From: Vulcanimicrobiota bacterium
GTDB taxonomy: Bacteria > Vulcanimicrobiota > Vulcanimicrobiia > Vulcanimicrobiales > Vulcanimicrobiaceae
NCBI GenBank assembly: GCA_963695225.1
Contig: OY968762.1
Span: 768,001 to 832,000, forward strand
Length of the DNA: 64,000 nucleotides
Direction: 5' to 3'
Shown: positions 31,528 to 40,285 of the stretch, in pieces
Layout: each line of letters starts with the position of its first letter
Numbering within the stretch: the stretch's first letter is position 1
Notes under the pieces: model-generated
What the model was told of the DNA's origin: nothing
Database searches by the model: none
The model's input: only the letters and a program-made list of their open reading frames with translations
Program-made: the position numbers and the translations under genes

Positions 31528-32964
31528 ATGGGCTGCACCGCCGTCGATCCGAGCCTGACCCCCCGCGACCACGCGCATTTCCTCAACGATCACATCCCCG
31601 CGGGGCTCTTCGGCGGCGTCGGCGTCGACGTCGACCGGGTCGCTTGGCGGCTCTCGCCGGCCCCCTTCCCGCTCTCGCCCGCAACGCTCGCGGCGCTCGA
31701 GCGACTCGGCCCGGACCTCCTGCGCTTCTCGCGCGTCCTCGCTTCGCTCTATCAGCGCAGCGTCCGCGGAACGGCCCCGGCGTTCATCGCGGACTACCTC
31801 GATCGCGGGAAGCCCGAATCGATCGTGAAGCTCGGGCGGCAGAACCGCTTCAAGCGCGACGTCCCGGGGGTGATCCGCCCGGATCTGATCTTGACGCCGA
31901 ACGGTTTTATCGCCGCCGAACTCGACAGCGTCCCCGGCGGCATGGGGTTCGTCGGCGCGATGGCGCAAGCGTACTGTCTGCTCGGCTACGATACGGTCGG
32001 CGATCGCGATGGGATCGCACGAGGCCTGGCGGCGCTGCTGGCCCACGTTTCCGGGAAGGAACACCCGACGACGGCGCTCGTCGTTTCCGAAGAAGCGAAG
32101 GACTATTTCGCGGAATTGCAGTGGCTCGCCGATTCGATGACGGCCTCCGGCCTCGGCGAGACGCACGCGTGCACGCCGGACCAGATCGTCTTCACGGAGG
32201 AGGCGCTGTTCGTGCGCATGCCGGACGGGCGCGAAGAGAAGCTCGACGTGCTCTACCGCAATTTCGAGTTGTTCGATCTCTTCAACGTCCCAAAACAGGA
32301 TCTGATGCTGTACGCCGCGCGGCACAACCGCGTCGCGATGACGCCCGCGCCGAAAGCGCACCTCGAAGAGAAGCTCGCGTTCGCGCTGCTGCACCATCCC
32401 GCGCTCGCAACCACTTGGAAGCGCGAGCTCGGCGCCGGCTTCGAACATCTGCGCACGGTATTCCCGCAGACGTGGATCCTCGATCCGCGCCCGATCCCGC
32501 CGCAGGCGACGATCCCGGGCCTGCTCGCCGCGGGGGAGCCGTTGCAGGATTGGCTGCAACTCGAAAAGCTCGGCAAGAGCGAACGCGATTTCGTCGTGAA
32601 GCCGTCGGGCTTTTCGGAGCTCGCTTGGGGCTCGCGCGGAGTGAAGGTCGCGAACGATCTCACGCGCGAGGAATGGCACGCCGCGCTGCGCGACGCTCTC
32701 GCCGCATTCGAGCGGACGCCGCACGTGCTGCAACGCTTCCACAAGGGCAAACGCGTGCGCGTCCCCTACTTCGATCGCGCCAAAGACGAGATCGCCATGC
32801 TGGACGGGCGCGTGCGCCTCTCACCGTACTATTTCGTGACGGACGCGGAGACGGTGCAACTCGGCGGGATTCTGGCAACGGTCGCCCCCGCCGACAAGCG
32901 CCTGATCCACGGCATGGCCGACGCGATCATGGCGCCGTGCGCCGTCCGCGACGACGGCTACTGA
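31528..32964 (+). CDS. Hypothetical protein, probable circularly permuted ATP-grasp (glutathionylspermidine synthase-like) ligase
   Basis: IRPDL...AELDSVPGG, LYRNFE, EEKL, VVKPSG...WGSRGV, VLQRF resemble CP-ATP-grasp motifs. Confidence 0.6.
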   Translation: MGCTAVDPSLTPRDHAHFLNDHIPAGLFGGVGVDVDRVAWRLSPAPFPLSPATLAALERLGPDLLRFSRVLASLYQRSVRGTAPAFIADYLDRGKPESIVKLGRQNRFKRDVPGVIRPDLILTPNGFIAAELDSVPGGMGFVGAMAQAYCLLGYDTVGDRDGIARGLAALLAHVSGKEHPTTALVVSEEAKDYFAELQWLADSMTASGLGETHACTPDQIVFTEEALFVRMPDGREEKLDVLYRNFELFDLFNVPKQDLMLYAARHNRVAMTPAPKAHLEEKLAFALLHHPALATTWKRELGAGFEHLRTVFPQTWILDPRPIPPQATIPGLLAAGEPLQDWLQLEKLGKSERDFVVKPSGFSELAWGSRGVKVANDLTREEWHAALRDALAAFERTPHVLQRFHKGKRVRVPYFDRAKDEIAMLDGRVRLSPYYFVTDAETVQLGGILATVAPADKRLIHGMADAIMAPCAVRDDGY

Positions 32965-34091
32965 GCGCGTACCGCCGCGACGAACGCGTCGATCTCGTCG
33001 AGCGTGTTGTAACCGTGCGGCGAGACGCGCACGCCGCCCGGGCGGAACGTCGTCACGAACCCCGCATTCCCGAGGCTCCGCCCGAGCGCGACCGAATCCG
33101 AACCCGGCCGCACGAACGTCACGATCCCCGAGGAGATCCCCGGACCGCGCGGCGTCGCGATCTCGCAGCCGGCGCGCCGGAGCCCCTCGACCAAACGGTC
33201 CGTCAGCGCGAGCACGTGCGCCGCGATCGCGGGTAGGCCGGCCGCGGCGAGGAGCGCCGTCGAGCGTTCGAGCGAGAGGATCCCGATGAAGTTCTGCGTC
33301 CCGCCCTCGAAGCGCGCGGCGCCCTCGGCGAGCGGTTGCTCGTAGTTGAGGAAATCCCAGATGTTCGCGACGTCCTTCCAGCCGCGCCAGCGCACCGTCA
33401 GCCGCTCCAGCAGCGCCGGCGCGACGTAGAGCAGACCGACGCCCTGCAGCGCCATCAACCACTTCGCACCGCCCGCGTAGAGCGCGTCGATCCCGCAGGC
33501 GCGCACGTCGAGCGGGAACGCGCCGAGCCCTTGGATCGCGTCGACGCAGAACCAGGCGCCGGCTGCGTGCGCAACCTCGGCGAGCGCGGGGAGATCGTGC
33601 CGGTAGCCGTCCGCGAAGCTCACCCAGGAAACGGCGACGAGGCGCGTCCGCGGCGAGAGCGCGGCCCGCAGCGCGTCGGGCGTCAAGCGCTCCCGCGGCG
33701 CTTCGACGAAGCGGATCGCGACGCCGAGTTCGCGCAGCGCGAGCCACGGGAGCGCGTTCGAGCCGAACTCGTTCGCCGAGAGCACGATCTCGTCGCCCGG
33801 GGCCCAATCGAGGCCGCGGGCGACGACGTTCGCGCCGTCGCCCGTGTTGCGCAAGAACGCGATCTCCTCGCCGCGCGCGCCGACGAACGCGCCGATGCGT
33901 TTCCGGAATTCCGGAAGATGCGATTCGACGGAGAGCGTGCCGAGCACGCCGCGTCGCGCGTGATCGGCGACGAACGCGATCAGCGCGTCGCGCGTCGCGA
34001 TCGGGAGAACGCCGGCGGCAGCGTGATTGAGGTAGACGAGGCCCGGCTCCAGCGAGAATGCCGAGCGCGGGAGCGGCGTCTCCACGCTCAA
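32958..34091 (-). CDS. Class V PLP-dependent aminotransferase / cysteine desulfurase-like protein
   Basis: YLNHAA, VDAIQGLG, GGAKWL (PLP Lys), RFEGGT, RVSPHGYN; TTG 34091 overlaps the phoU stop. Confidence 0.9.
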   Translation of the reverse strand: MSVETPLPRSAFSLEPGLVYLNHAAAGVLPIATRDALIAFVADHARRGVLGTLSVESHLPEFRKRIGAFVGARGEEIAFLRNTGDGANVVARGLDWAPGDEIVLSANEFGSNALPWLALRELGVAIRFVEAPRERLTPDALRAALSPRTRLVAVSWVSFADGYRHDLPALAEVAHAAGAWFCVDAIQGLGAFPLDVRACGIDALYAGGAKWLMALQGVGLLYVAPALLERLTVRWRGWKDVANIWDFLNYEQPLAEGAARFEGGTQNFIGILSLERSTALLAAAGLPAIAAHVLALTDRLVEGLRRAGCEIATPRGPGISSGIVTFVRPGSDSVALGRSLGNAGFVTTFRPGGVRVSPHGYNTLDEIDAFVAAVRAQ

Positions 34092-34723
34092 GTCGCCCCG
34101 AGCATCTCCTTCGTATGCCAAGCGATGTTTTGAGCGCGGTCGCCGACCCGCTCGAGCGCCGCTAGGACGAACAGCATGATCGTCCCGGCGCGAACGAGCC
34201 CGGCGTCCTCCTGCATCTCCTCCTGCAGCGCCTCGATCCCGCGGCCGTACAGCTTGTCGACCTCGTCGTCCTGACCGATCACGTGCGTCGCGATCTCGGC
34301 ATCGCGCTCGGTGTACGCCCGCATCGCCTCCGAAAGCATCGCGACGGCGATCGACGCGATCCGCCCGATCTCGACGGAGGCGGGGCGCAACGGGACGTCG
34401 GCGAGCTTGATCGCGTTCTTGGCGATGTCGACGGCGTAATCGCCCGTCCGCTCGAGGTCGACGACGATCTGGAGCATCGCCGCAAGCTGCCGTAGTTCCC
34501 CGGCGACCGGCTGCTGCCGCCAGATCAACTCGATGCAGCCGGCCTCGATCTTCCGGCGCAGGTCGTCGATACCGTCATCCCCGGCGATCACGCGGCCGGC
34601 GAGCGCCGTGTCGCGCCCGTCCAGCGCCGCGACGGCGAAGTGGATCGCGTCCGCCGCGAGCGCGCCCATCCGCACGACATCCAGCCGCGAAGATTCCAGC
34701 GCCTCATGGTACGCAGTGCGCAT
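34088..34723 (-). CDS. phoU: Phosphate signalling protein PhoU
   Basis: QQPVAGELR, DLERTGDYAVDIA, DDEVD, LERVGDRAQNIA. Confidence 0.95.
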   Translation of the reverse strand: MRTAYHEALESSRLDVVRMGALAADAIHFAVAALDGRDTALAGRVIAGDDGIDDLRRKIEAGCIELIWRQQPVAGELRQLAAMLQIVVDLERTGDYAVDIAKNAIKLADVPLRPASVEIGRIASIAVAMLSEAMRAYTERDAEIATHVIGQDDEVDKLYGRGIEALQEEMQEDAGLVRAGTIMLFVLAALERVGDRAQNIAWHTKEMLGAT

Positions 34724-34788
34724 ATCTGTAAGTTCCCCTTTGCCGCCGCCTCAATGGCGCGTCGGTCCCGACGGCGCTCGTTGCGTGA

Positions 34789-34797
34789 AGTATACCA
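34789..34797 (-). promoter_or_regulatory. Extended -10 promoter element upstream of phoU
   Basis: Minus strand TGgTATACT, 65 nt upstream of the phoU start. Confidence 0.5.
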
Positions 34798-34854
34798 TAT
34801 GCCAGGGTCTGTTGTGCTTGCCTCGAAAGGCCGCTGCCGTTGAAGGAGGACCCG

Positions 34855-35655
34855 ATGAGCCAAACAGCTGCGCAGTACGAGACGATCCTGGTCGACCGCG
34901 ACGGCCCCGTCGCGATCGTCACCTTGAATCGCCCATCCGTGCTTAATGCCCTTAACTCGTTAATGCTGCACGAGCTGCGCGCCGCATTCGCCGCGCTCGA
35001 CGCGGACGACGACGTGCGAGCGATCGTGTTGACCGGCGCGGGACCGAAAGCATTCGCCGCGGGCGCCGACATAAGCGAACTCAACGCGCTGCCGAACGCC
35101 GTCTCCGGCGCGCAGCAAGCGCGCGTGGGGCAAGGCGTGACGCTCGCGCTCGAGCGCATGCGCAAGCCCGTGATCGCGGCGATCAACGGCTTCGCGCTAG
35201 GCGGCGGTTGCGAGCTTGCGATGGGCTGCGACATCCGCATCGCGAGCGCGAACGCGAAGTTCGGCCAACCCGAAGTGAATCTCGGCTTGATCCCGGGCTA
35301 CGGCGGAACGCAACGCACCGCGCGCCTGCTCGGGCGCGGCATGGCGATGTATCTCTGCCTCTCCGGCGAGCTGATCGACGCGGCCGAGGCGCTGCGCGTC
35401 GGGCTCGTCGAGAAAGTCGTCCCGCTCGAAGGATTGCTCGACGAAGCGAAGCGCATCGCGAGCGTCATCGCGGGCAAGGCTCCGCTCGCGATCGCCGCGG
35501 CGAAGCGCGCGATCGACGAGGGCATCGGTCTCTCTACCACGGAAGGGCTCGCGCTCGAAGCGCTCGCATTCGGAACCCTCGTCGATACCGAAGACTTCGT
35601 CGAAGGCACGAAGGCGTTCATGGAGAAGCGCAAGGCGAACTTCACCGGCAAATAG
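34855..35655 (+). CDS. Enoyl-CoA hydratase (crotonase family)
   Basis: LNRPSVLNAL, FAAGADI, GFALGGGCELA, FGQPEVNLG; GGAGG SD. Confidence 0.93.
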   Translation: MSQTAAQYETILVDRDGPVAIVTLNRPSVLNALNSLMLHELRAAFAALDADDDVRAIVLTGAGPKAFAAGADISELNALPNAVSGAQQARVGQGVTLALERMRKPVIAAINGFALGGGCELAMGCDIRIASANAKFGQPEVNLGLIPGYGGTQRTARLLGRGMAMYLCLSGELIDAAEALRVGLVEKVVPLEGLLDEAKRIASVIAGKAPLAIAAAKRAIDEGIGLSTTEGLALEALAFGTLVDTEDFVEGTKAFMEKRKANFTGK

Positions 35656-35675
35656 GCAAGCGCGCTCGGGCGCGA

Positions 35676-37727
35676 TCAACGCAACGCGTACTCCCACGCG
35701 TTCCAGTAATCGCGCCCGAGCACGTTCGGCCGGAAGTTCGCGAAGCGTTTCGAAACCGCGTACGCGCTGCGTTCGAAGCCGAGCGGCACGATCGGCAAAT
35801 CGCGCGCGAGGATCTCGTGCGCGCGCCGGTAGAACACGGTGCGCGCCGCGGGATCGTACGTGCGCATCCCGCGCTCCTCGAGTTCGTCGAAGGCCGGATT
35901 GCAATAAGCGCCCGCGTTGCCGCCGCCCGGAGGGAGCGCCGCGCAGCCGAACAGATAGGAACGATCCGCATCGAGCCCCGGCGACCAGCTCGTCAGCGCG
36001 AGATCGAAGTTGCCGCTTTCTAGGATGCCGCCGGCCGATTGCGCGCCCCAGAAGAGTGCCGGCGGATACGAGCGGATCGTCGCCGTTACGCCCGCCTGCT
36101 GCAGCTCGTCCGCGATCTGCACGGCGGCGGCGGCGCTGCTGCGCCACGCGCCCGCGATCGCGAATTGCAGCGCGAGCTTGCGCGGCGCGAGCACGCGCCG
36201 TGCCGCCTCCGGCGCATATTCAGGGATGCGCTCGGCGCCCCCGAGCGCAGGATCGAGCTGCCCCGTATCGGTCGGAACTTCGAGGCCGCGGTAGACGGCG
36301 CTGGCGAGCTTCGCGCGATCGACGGCGGCTGCGATCGCGCGGCGCACGGCGGGATCGCGCAGCTTCTCGCGGCGCAGATTGAATTGCAGGTAGTCGACGA
36401 TGTTCGTCGTCGCGCCGCTGACGGCGAGCCCGGCGCGTGCCGCGGCATCGAGCTGCAACCCCGAGACATACGTCAGGTCGAGCGCACCGGTCTCGACCTG
36501 GAGCAAGCGGGTCGTCGCATTCGGTTGCACGCTGACGCGCAACCGCTCGAGCGCGGGCGGCGCGCGCCAATACTCCGGGTTTCGTTCGAATTCGAGGGAT
36601 TCGCCGCGCCGCCACGCGACGAGGCGGAAGGGCCCGAGACCGACCGGGCGTGCGTCGAGCGTGCTCGCGTTCAGATTCGCGTACCGCGCCGCAACGTGCC
36701 GCGGCAAGATCGCGAACGGATCGCTCGCGCCCAGCGTGAGGAAGGACGCGACGAACGGCGCGTCCGGCGCCTTCAGCCGAACGACGAGCCTATCGGGCCG
36801 CGGCGCGTCGACGCGCTCGATCCGCTCGACGGTCGAGCGGTCGGGGACGTTCGTCGCCGGATTGCGCAGCGCGTCGACCGTGAACGCGACGTCGCGCGCG
36901 TCGAACGGCGCGCCGTCGGACCAGCGCCCCGTGCGGATGCGGTAGACGATCGTCCGGCCGTCGGCGGAGATTCCGCCGTTCGCGCGCGTCGGGATTTCGA
37001 GCGCGCGATCCGGGACGAGCCGCCCGCGGTCGTCGACGAGGAACAGGTACCCTTGCGTCAGCGGCGCGAGTTGCCAGCCGTAGGCCGTGTTCAAGATCGT
37101 ATCGAGGCTCGATGGATCCTCTTCCACGAACAGCGTCAATTCGCGCGGCGGCGTCGCGGCCGCGGCGGGCGGGATCGCGAAGGGCAGCGCCGAGTGCTTG
37201 CGCGCGAGCGTCTCGCTCGCGTGCCCCATCGCCGCTTCGACCGCGGGGTTCAGCCCCGGCCAGCGCCCGCGGACGAACCCGTCCGGATCGATGACGACGA
37301 GCGTCGGGAAGCCCACGATGCCGTAGAGCGACATGATCCGCTGGTCCGTATCGAGGACGACGTGCACGAGCCCGTGCTCCCGGGCATACTTCGCCGCGAC
37401 CTCCGGCGGCTCGCCGACGTTGACGGCGAGCACCTGGACGTCCGGATGCGTGCGCGCGAAGTGCTCGACGAGCGGGAGGGAGAGCTTGCACGGAACGCAC
37501 CAGGAGGCCCAGAAGTCGAGGAACACGACCCTTTCCGGCCGCTCCGGCAGGCGGTAGCGCGGGCCGTCGAGCGTCGCGGCGGCGAAGAGCGGCGCCCGCT
37601 CGGCGCCGGACGGCGCAAGGGACCGGGGCGCGACGAAGAGCTGATAGATGACGGCCAGGACTACGGCGGCGGCCGCCACGTCGAGCAGCCGGGAAAAGAG
37701 CCACTGCGGGGTGAGCGAAGGCCTCAC
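35676..37727 (-). CDS. Fusion: membrane-anchored TlpA/ResA-like thioredoxin + family-5 ABC solute-binding protein
   Basis: Single ORF: TM helix, FWASWCVPC, GFPT cis-Pro, then GGISADGRTIVY...WSDGAPFDARDVAFT, PVGLGPF, NPEYW, YCNPAFDEL. Start uncertain. Confidence 0.85.
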   Translation of the reverse strand: MRPSLTPQWLFSRLLDVAAAAVVLAVIYQLFVAPRSLAPSGAERAPLFAAATLDGPRYRLPERPERVVFLDFWASWCVPCKLSLPLVEHFARTHPDVQVLAVNVGEPPEVAAKYAREHGLVHVVLDTDQRIMSLYGIVGFPTLVVIDPDGFVRGRWPGLNPAVEAAMGHASETLARKHSALPFAIPPAAAATPPRELTLFVEEDPSSLDTILNTAYGWQLAPLTQGYLFLVDDRGRLVPDRALEIPTRANGGISADGRTIVYRIRTGRWSDGAPFDARDVAFTVDALRNPATNVPDRSTVERIERVDAPRPDRLVVRLKAPDAPFVASFLTLGASDPFAILPRHVAARYANLNASTLDARPVGLGPFRLVAWRRGESLEFERNPEYWRAPPALERLRVSVQPNATTRLLQVETGALDLTYVSGLQLDAAARAGLAVSGATTNIVDYLQFNLRREKLRDPAVRRAIAAAVDRAKLASAVYRGLEVPTDTGQLDPALGGAERIPEYAPEAARRVLAPRKLALQFAIAGAWRSSAAAAVQIADELQQAGVTATIRSYPPALFWGAQSAGGILESGNFDLALTSWSPGLDADRSYLFGCAALPPGGGNAGAYCNPAFDELEERGMRTYDPAARTVFYRRAHEILARDLPIVPLGFERSAYAVSKRFANFRPNVLGRDYWNAWEYALR

Positions 37728-37801
37728 GCGACGCCGTTCGCGGGCGAATACCTTCGGCCATGCGGGAGGCCCTTGAACGCCGCCATCCAATTGGGGGCCC
37801 G

Positions 37802-38749
37802 ATGGCGACACCCCGCCCCGCGACCGTAACTCTAGAGAGCCGGTCGCTTCCGAATACCAATCGCAGCGCGCTCATCCTCGAGCATTTCGACCGGCTCCCT
37901 ATCGGGGGCACGCTCGAGCTGGATGATGAGGAAGATCCGCGCGCGCTACGCAACGAGTTCCAAGAGCAGCGCTCCGGCCGCTTCGCGTGGGATGCGCGAA
38001 ATCTCGGTTCCGGCCGCTGGACCGTTCACATCGAACGCATCGACGAGCAATCGGACATCGCCACGTTCCTCGGGCACTGTTCGCCGTTTGCGAACGCGCG
38101 CGCGGCGACGATCCGCGACGTCGCCCAAAACGCGACCGAGCGGCAGTACGAGACGGGCGACACGATCTTCGACGAAGGCGAGATCTGGCCGTACCTCGCG
38201 TTCGTGCGCAACGGCAAGGTCGTCTACACGTTGCTCTCGGCCGACGGCAAGACGCATTCGCTCGGCGAGCGGCTCTCGCAAGATCCGCTGAACGAAACGG
38301 GCACGTTCGACGGCGGCGGTGCGACGACGCGGGCCGAAGCGCTCACGAAGTGCTCGCTGATCCTCATTCCGAGCGAAACGGTCGTGCATGCGGCCCGTAA
38401 CGATGCGGACCTCGCGCTCGGCTTCTTGGCCCAAGCCTCGCAGGCGCGGCGCCGTTCGATCGACACGATCGCCGACCTCGCGTTCGCGCACGTGTTGCAG
38501 CGCGTCGCGAAATTCTTGCTCTCGTACGCGCCGGCGACGACCGGGATGGCGCGCGGGCTCTCCGGCATCGAGAACCTTTCGCAAGCGCAGATCGCCGCCG
38601 CCGCGGGAACCGTCCGCGACATGGCGGCACGCGCGCTCCTGCGCTTGAAGAACGCCGAGGCCGTCGAACTCGATCGCGGCCGCGTCCGCTCGCTCGATCG
38701 CGAACGGCTCCAAGCGTTCGCGCACAACATCCAAGCGCCGCCCGTCTAG
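37802..38749 (+). CDS. Crp/Fnr-family regulator with N-terminal DUF2249-like domain
   Basis: N-terminal ILEHFDRLPIGGTLEL..DPRAL...FAW....G.GRWTVHIER; cNMP-like domain IFDEGE...GKV; C-terminal HTH SQAQIAAAAGTVRD. Confidence 0.85.
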   Translation: MATPRPATVTLESRSLPNTNRSALILEHFDRLPIGGTLELDDEEDPRALRNEFQEQRSGRFAWDARNLGSGRWTVHIERIDEQSDIATFLGHCSPFANARAATIRDVAQNATERQYETGDTIFDEGEIWPYLAFVRNGKVVYTLLSADGKTHSLGERLSQDPLNETGTFDGGGATTRAEALTKCSLILIPSETVVHAARNDADLALGFLAQASQARRRSIDTIADLAFAHVLQRVAKFLLSYAPATTGMARGLSGIENLSQAQIAAAAGTVRDMAARALLRLKNAEAVELDRGRVRSLDRERLQAFAHNIQAPPV

Positions 38750-38759
38750 CGCCGTCACG

Positions 38760-39998
38760 ATGCGAGGCATCAACGCCGGAGACACCGCCTGGGTGCTCGT
38801 TTCCGCTGCCCTCGTCATGCTGATGACGCCGGCGTTGGGCTTCTTCTACGGCGGCCTCGTCCGCCAGAAGAACGTCCTCTCGACCGTGATGCACAGCTTC
38901 TTCATCCTGTGCCTGGTCAGCGTGCAGTGGGCCATGTGGGGGTACACGCTAGCCTTCGGCCCCGACGTCAACGGCTTGGGGCTCATCGGCAGCCTCGCCT
39001 GGGCGGGGCTCAACGGCGTCGGCGGAGCGCCGAATCCGGATTACGCCCCGACGATCCCGCACGAAGCGTTCATGGTGTTCCAGATGATGTTCGCCGTGAT
39101 CACGCCGGCGCTCATCACCGGTGCGTTCGCCGAGCGCAAGCGTTTCAAGGCGTTCGTGGCGTTCAGCCTGCTGTGGAGCACCGTGGTCTACGACGTGATC
39201 GCGCATTGGGTCTGGGGCCACGGCGGTTGGCTCGCGAAGCTCGGCGTGATCGATTTCGCCGGCGGGACGGTCGTCGAGATCGCCTCGGGCTCCTCCGCGC
39301 TCGTGGCGGCCTACGTGCTCGGGCGCCGGATGTTCCACGAACCGGGCCAGGAGGCCGAGGCGCACGACGTCCCGATGGTCATCCTGGGCGCTTCGCTCTT
39401 GTGGTTCGGCTGGTTCGGATTCAACGCCGGGAGCGCGCTGGCCGCGAACGACATCGCCGCGCACGCGTTCGTGACGACGAACCTCGCGGGAGCAATGGGC
39501 GCCCTGACGTGGATCACGATCCATTGGTGGCATCGCGGCCGGCCGAGCGTTGTCGGCGCCGTCGGCGGATCGATCACGGGCCTCGTCGGCATCACGCCGG
39601 CGGCCGGCTACGTCTCGTCGGCGGCGGCGATCCTCGTCGGATTCATCGCGGCGGCGCTCTGCTACGCGGCCGTCCAGCTCCGCGATTGGATGAAGCACGA
39701 CGACGCGCTCGACGTTTGGGCCTATCACGGCGTCGCCGGCTTCGTCGGCATCCTGCTCACGGGCGTGTTCGCGAGCAAGCTCGTCAACCCAGCCGGCGCC
39801 GACGGGCTCCTCGCGGGCAACGCCCATCAGCTCTTGGTCGAAGCGCTGGCGGCAATCGTCGTCGTCGCCTACGCCTCGCTGATGACCTACGTCTGCCTTA
39901 AGGTGGTGAACCTCTTCATCCCCTTGCGGGTGACGGAGGCCGAAGAAGCGATGGGCCTCGACATCTCGCAGCACGCGGAGGCCGCCTATCGGGGCTAG
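38760..39998 (+). CDS. amt: Ammonium transporter (Amt family, Glu-His variant)
   Basis: GDTAWVLVSAALV.LMTP, FQMMFAVITPALI.GAFAER, DFAGGTVVE, WFGWFGFNAGS, ITPAAG, DDALDV..YHG. Confidence 0.96.
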   Translation: MRGINAGDTAWVLVSAALVMLMTPALGFFYGGLVRQKNVLSTVMHSFFILCLVSVQWAMWGYTLAFGPDVNGLGLIGSLAWAGLNGVGGAPNPDYAPTIPHEAFMVFQMMFAVITPALITGAFAERKRFKAFVAFSLLWSTVVYDVIAHWVWGHGGWLAKLGVIDFAGGTVVEIASGSSALVAAYVLGRRMFHEPGQEAEAHDVPMVILGASLLWFGWFGFNAGSALAANDIAAHAFVTTNLAGAMGALTWITIHWWHRGRPSVVGAVGGSITGLVGITPAAGYVSSAAAILVGFIAAALCYAAVQLRDWMKHDDALDVWAYHGVAGFVGILLTGVFASKLVNPAGADGLLAGNAHQLLVEALAAIVVVAYASLMTYVCLKVVNLFIPLRVTEAEEAMGLDISQHAEAAYRG

Positions 39999-40040
39999 CG
40001 GGCCCTCGTTATCACAAATGCACAGCGGCCGGTCCGGGCC

Positions 40041-40166
40041 GTGTCCCAATCGTTGGATGACCGGACCGCTTGGGGCGGATACATTCTCTCCATGATGTTT
40101 CTAGCTGCACTCGGCTCATTCGTCATCCTGCTCGCCGCCTGGGCATTCGCGCCCTCGCACGCGTAG
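40041..40166 (+). CDS. Candidate small single-pass membrane protein (41 aa, or 24 aa from ATG 40092)
   Basis: Manual translation MSQSLDDRTAWGGYILSMMFLAALGSFVILLAAWAFAPSHA*; shorter than any ORF in the provided track. Confidence 0.45.
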   Translation: MSQSLDDRTAWGGYILSMMFLAALGSFVILLAAWAFAPSHA

Positions 40167-40285
40167 CCTGACCGAACGGAGCCCGCTCGACCCACCCTCC
40201 GAGCCACGCCGAAGCCGGCGCGTCCTACGCGCCGCCGGCGGGCTGACCGCTCCTCGAACCGCCGCTCGCGCGTTCGGAGCGCGAG

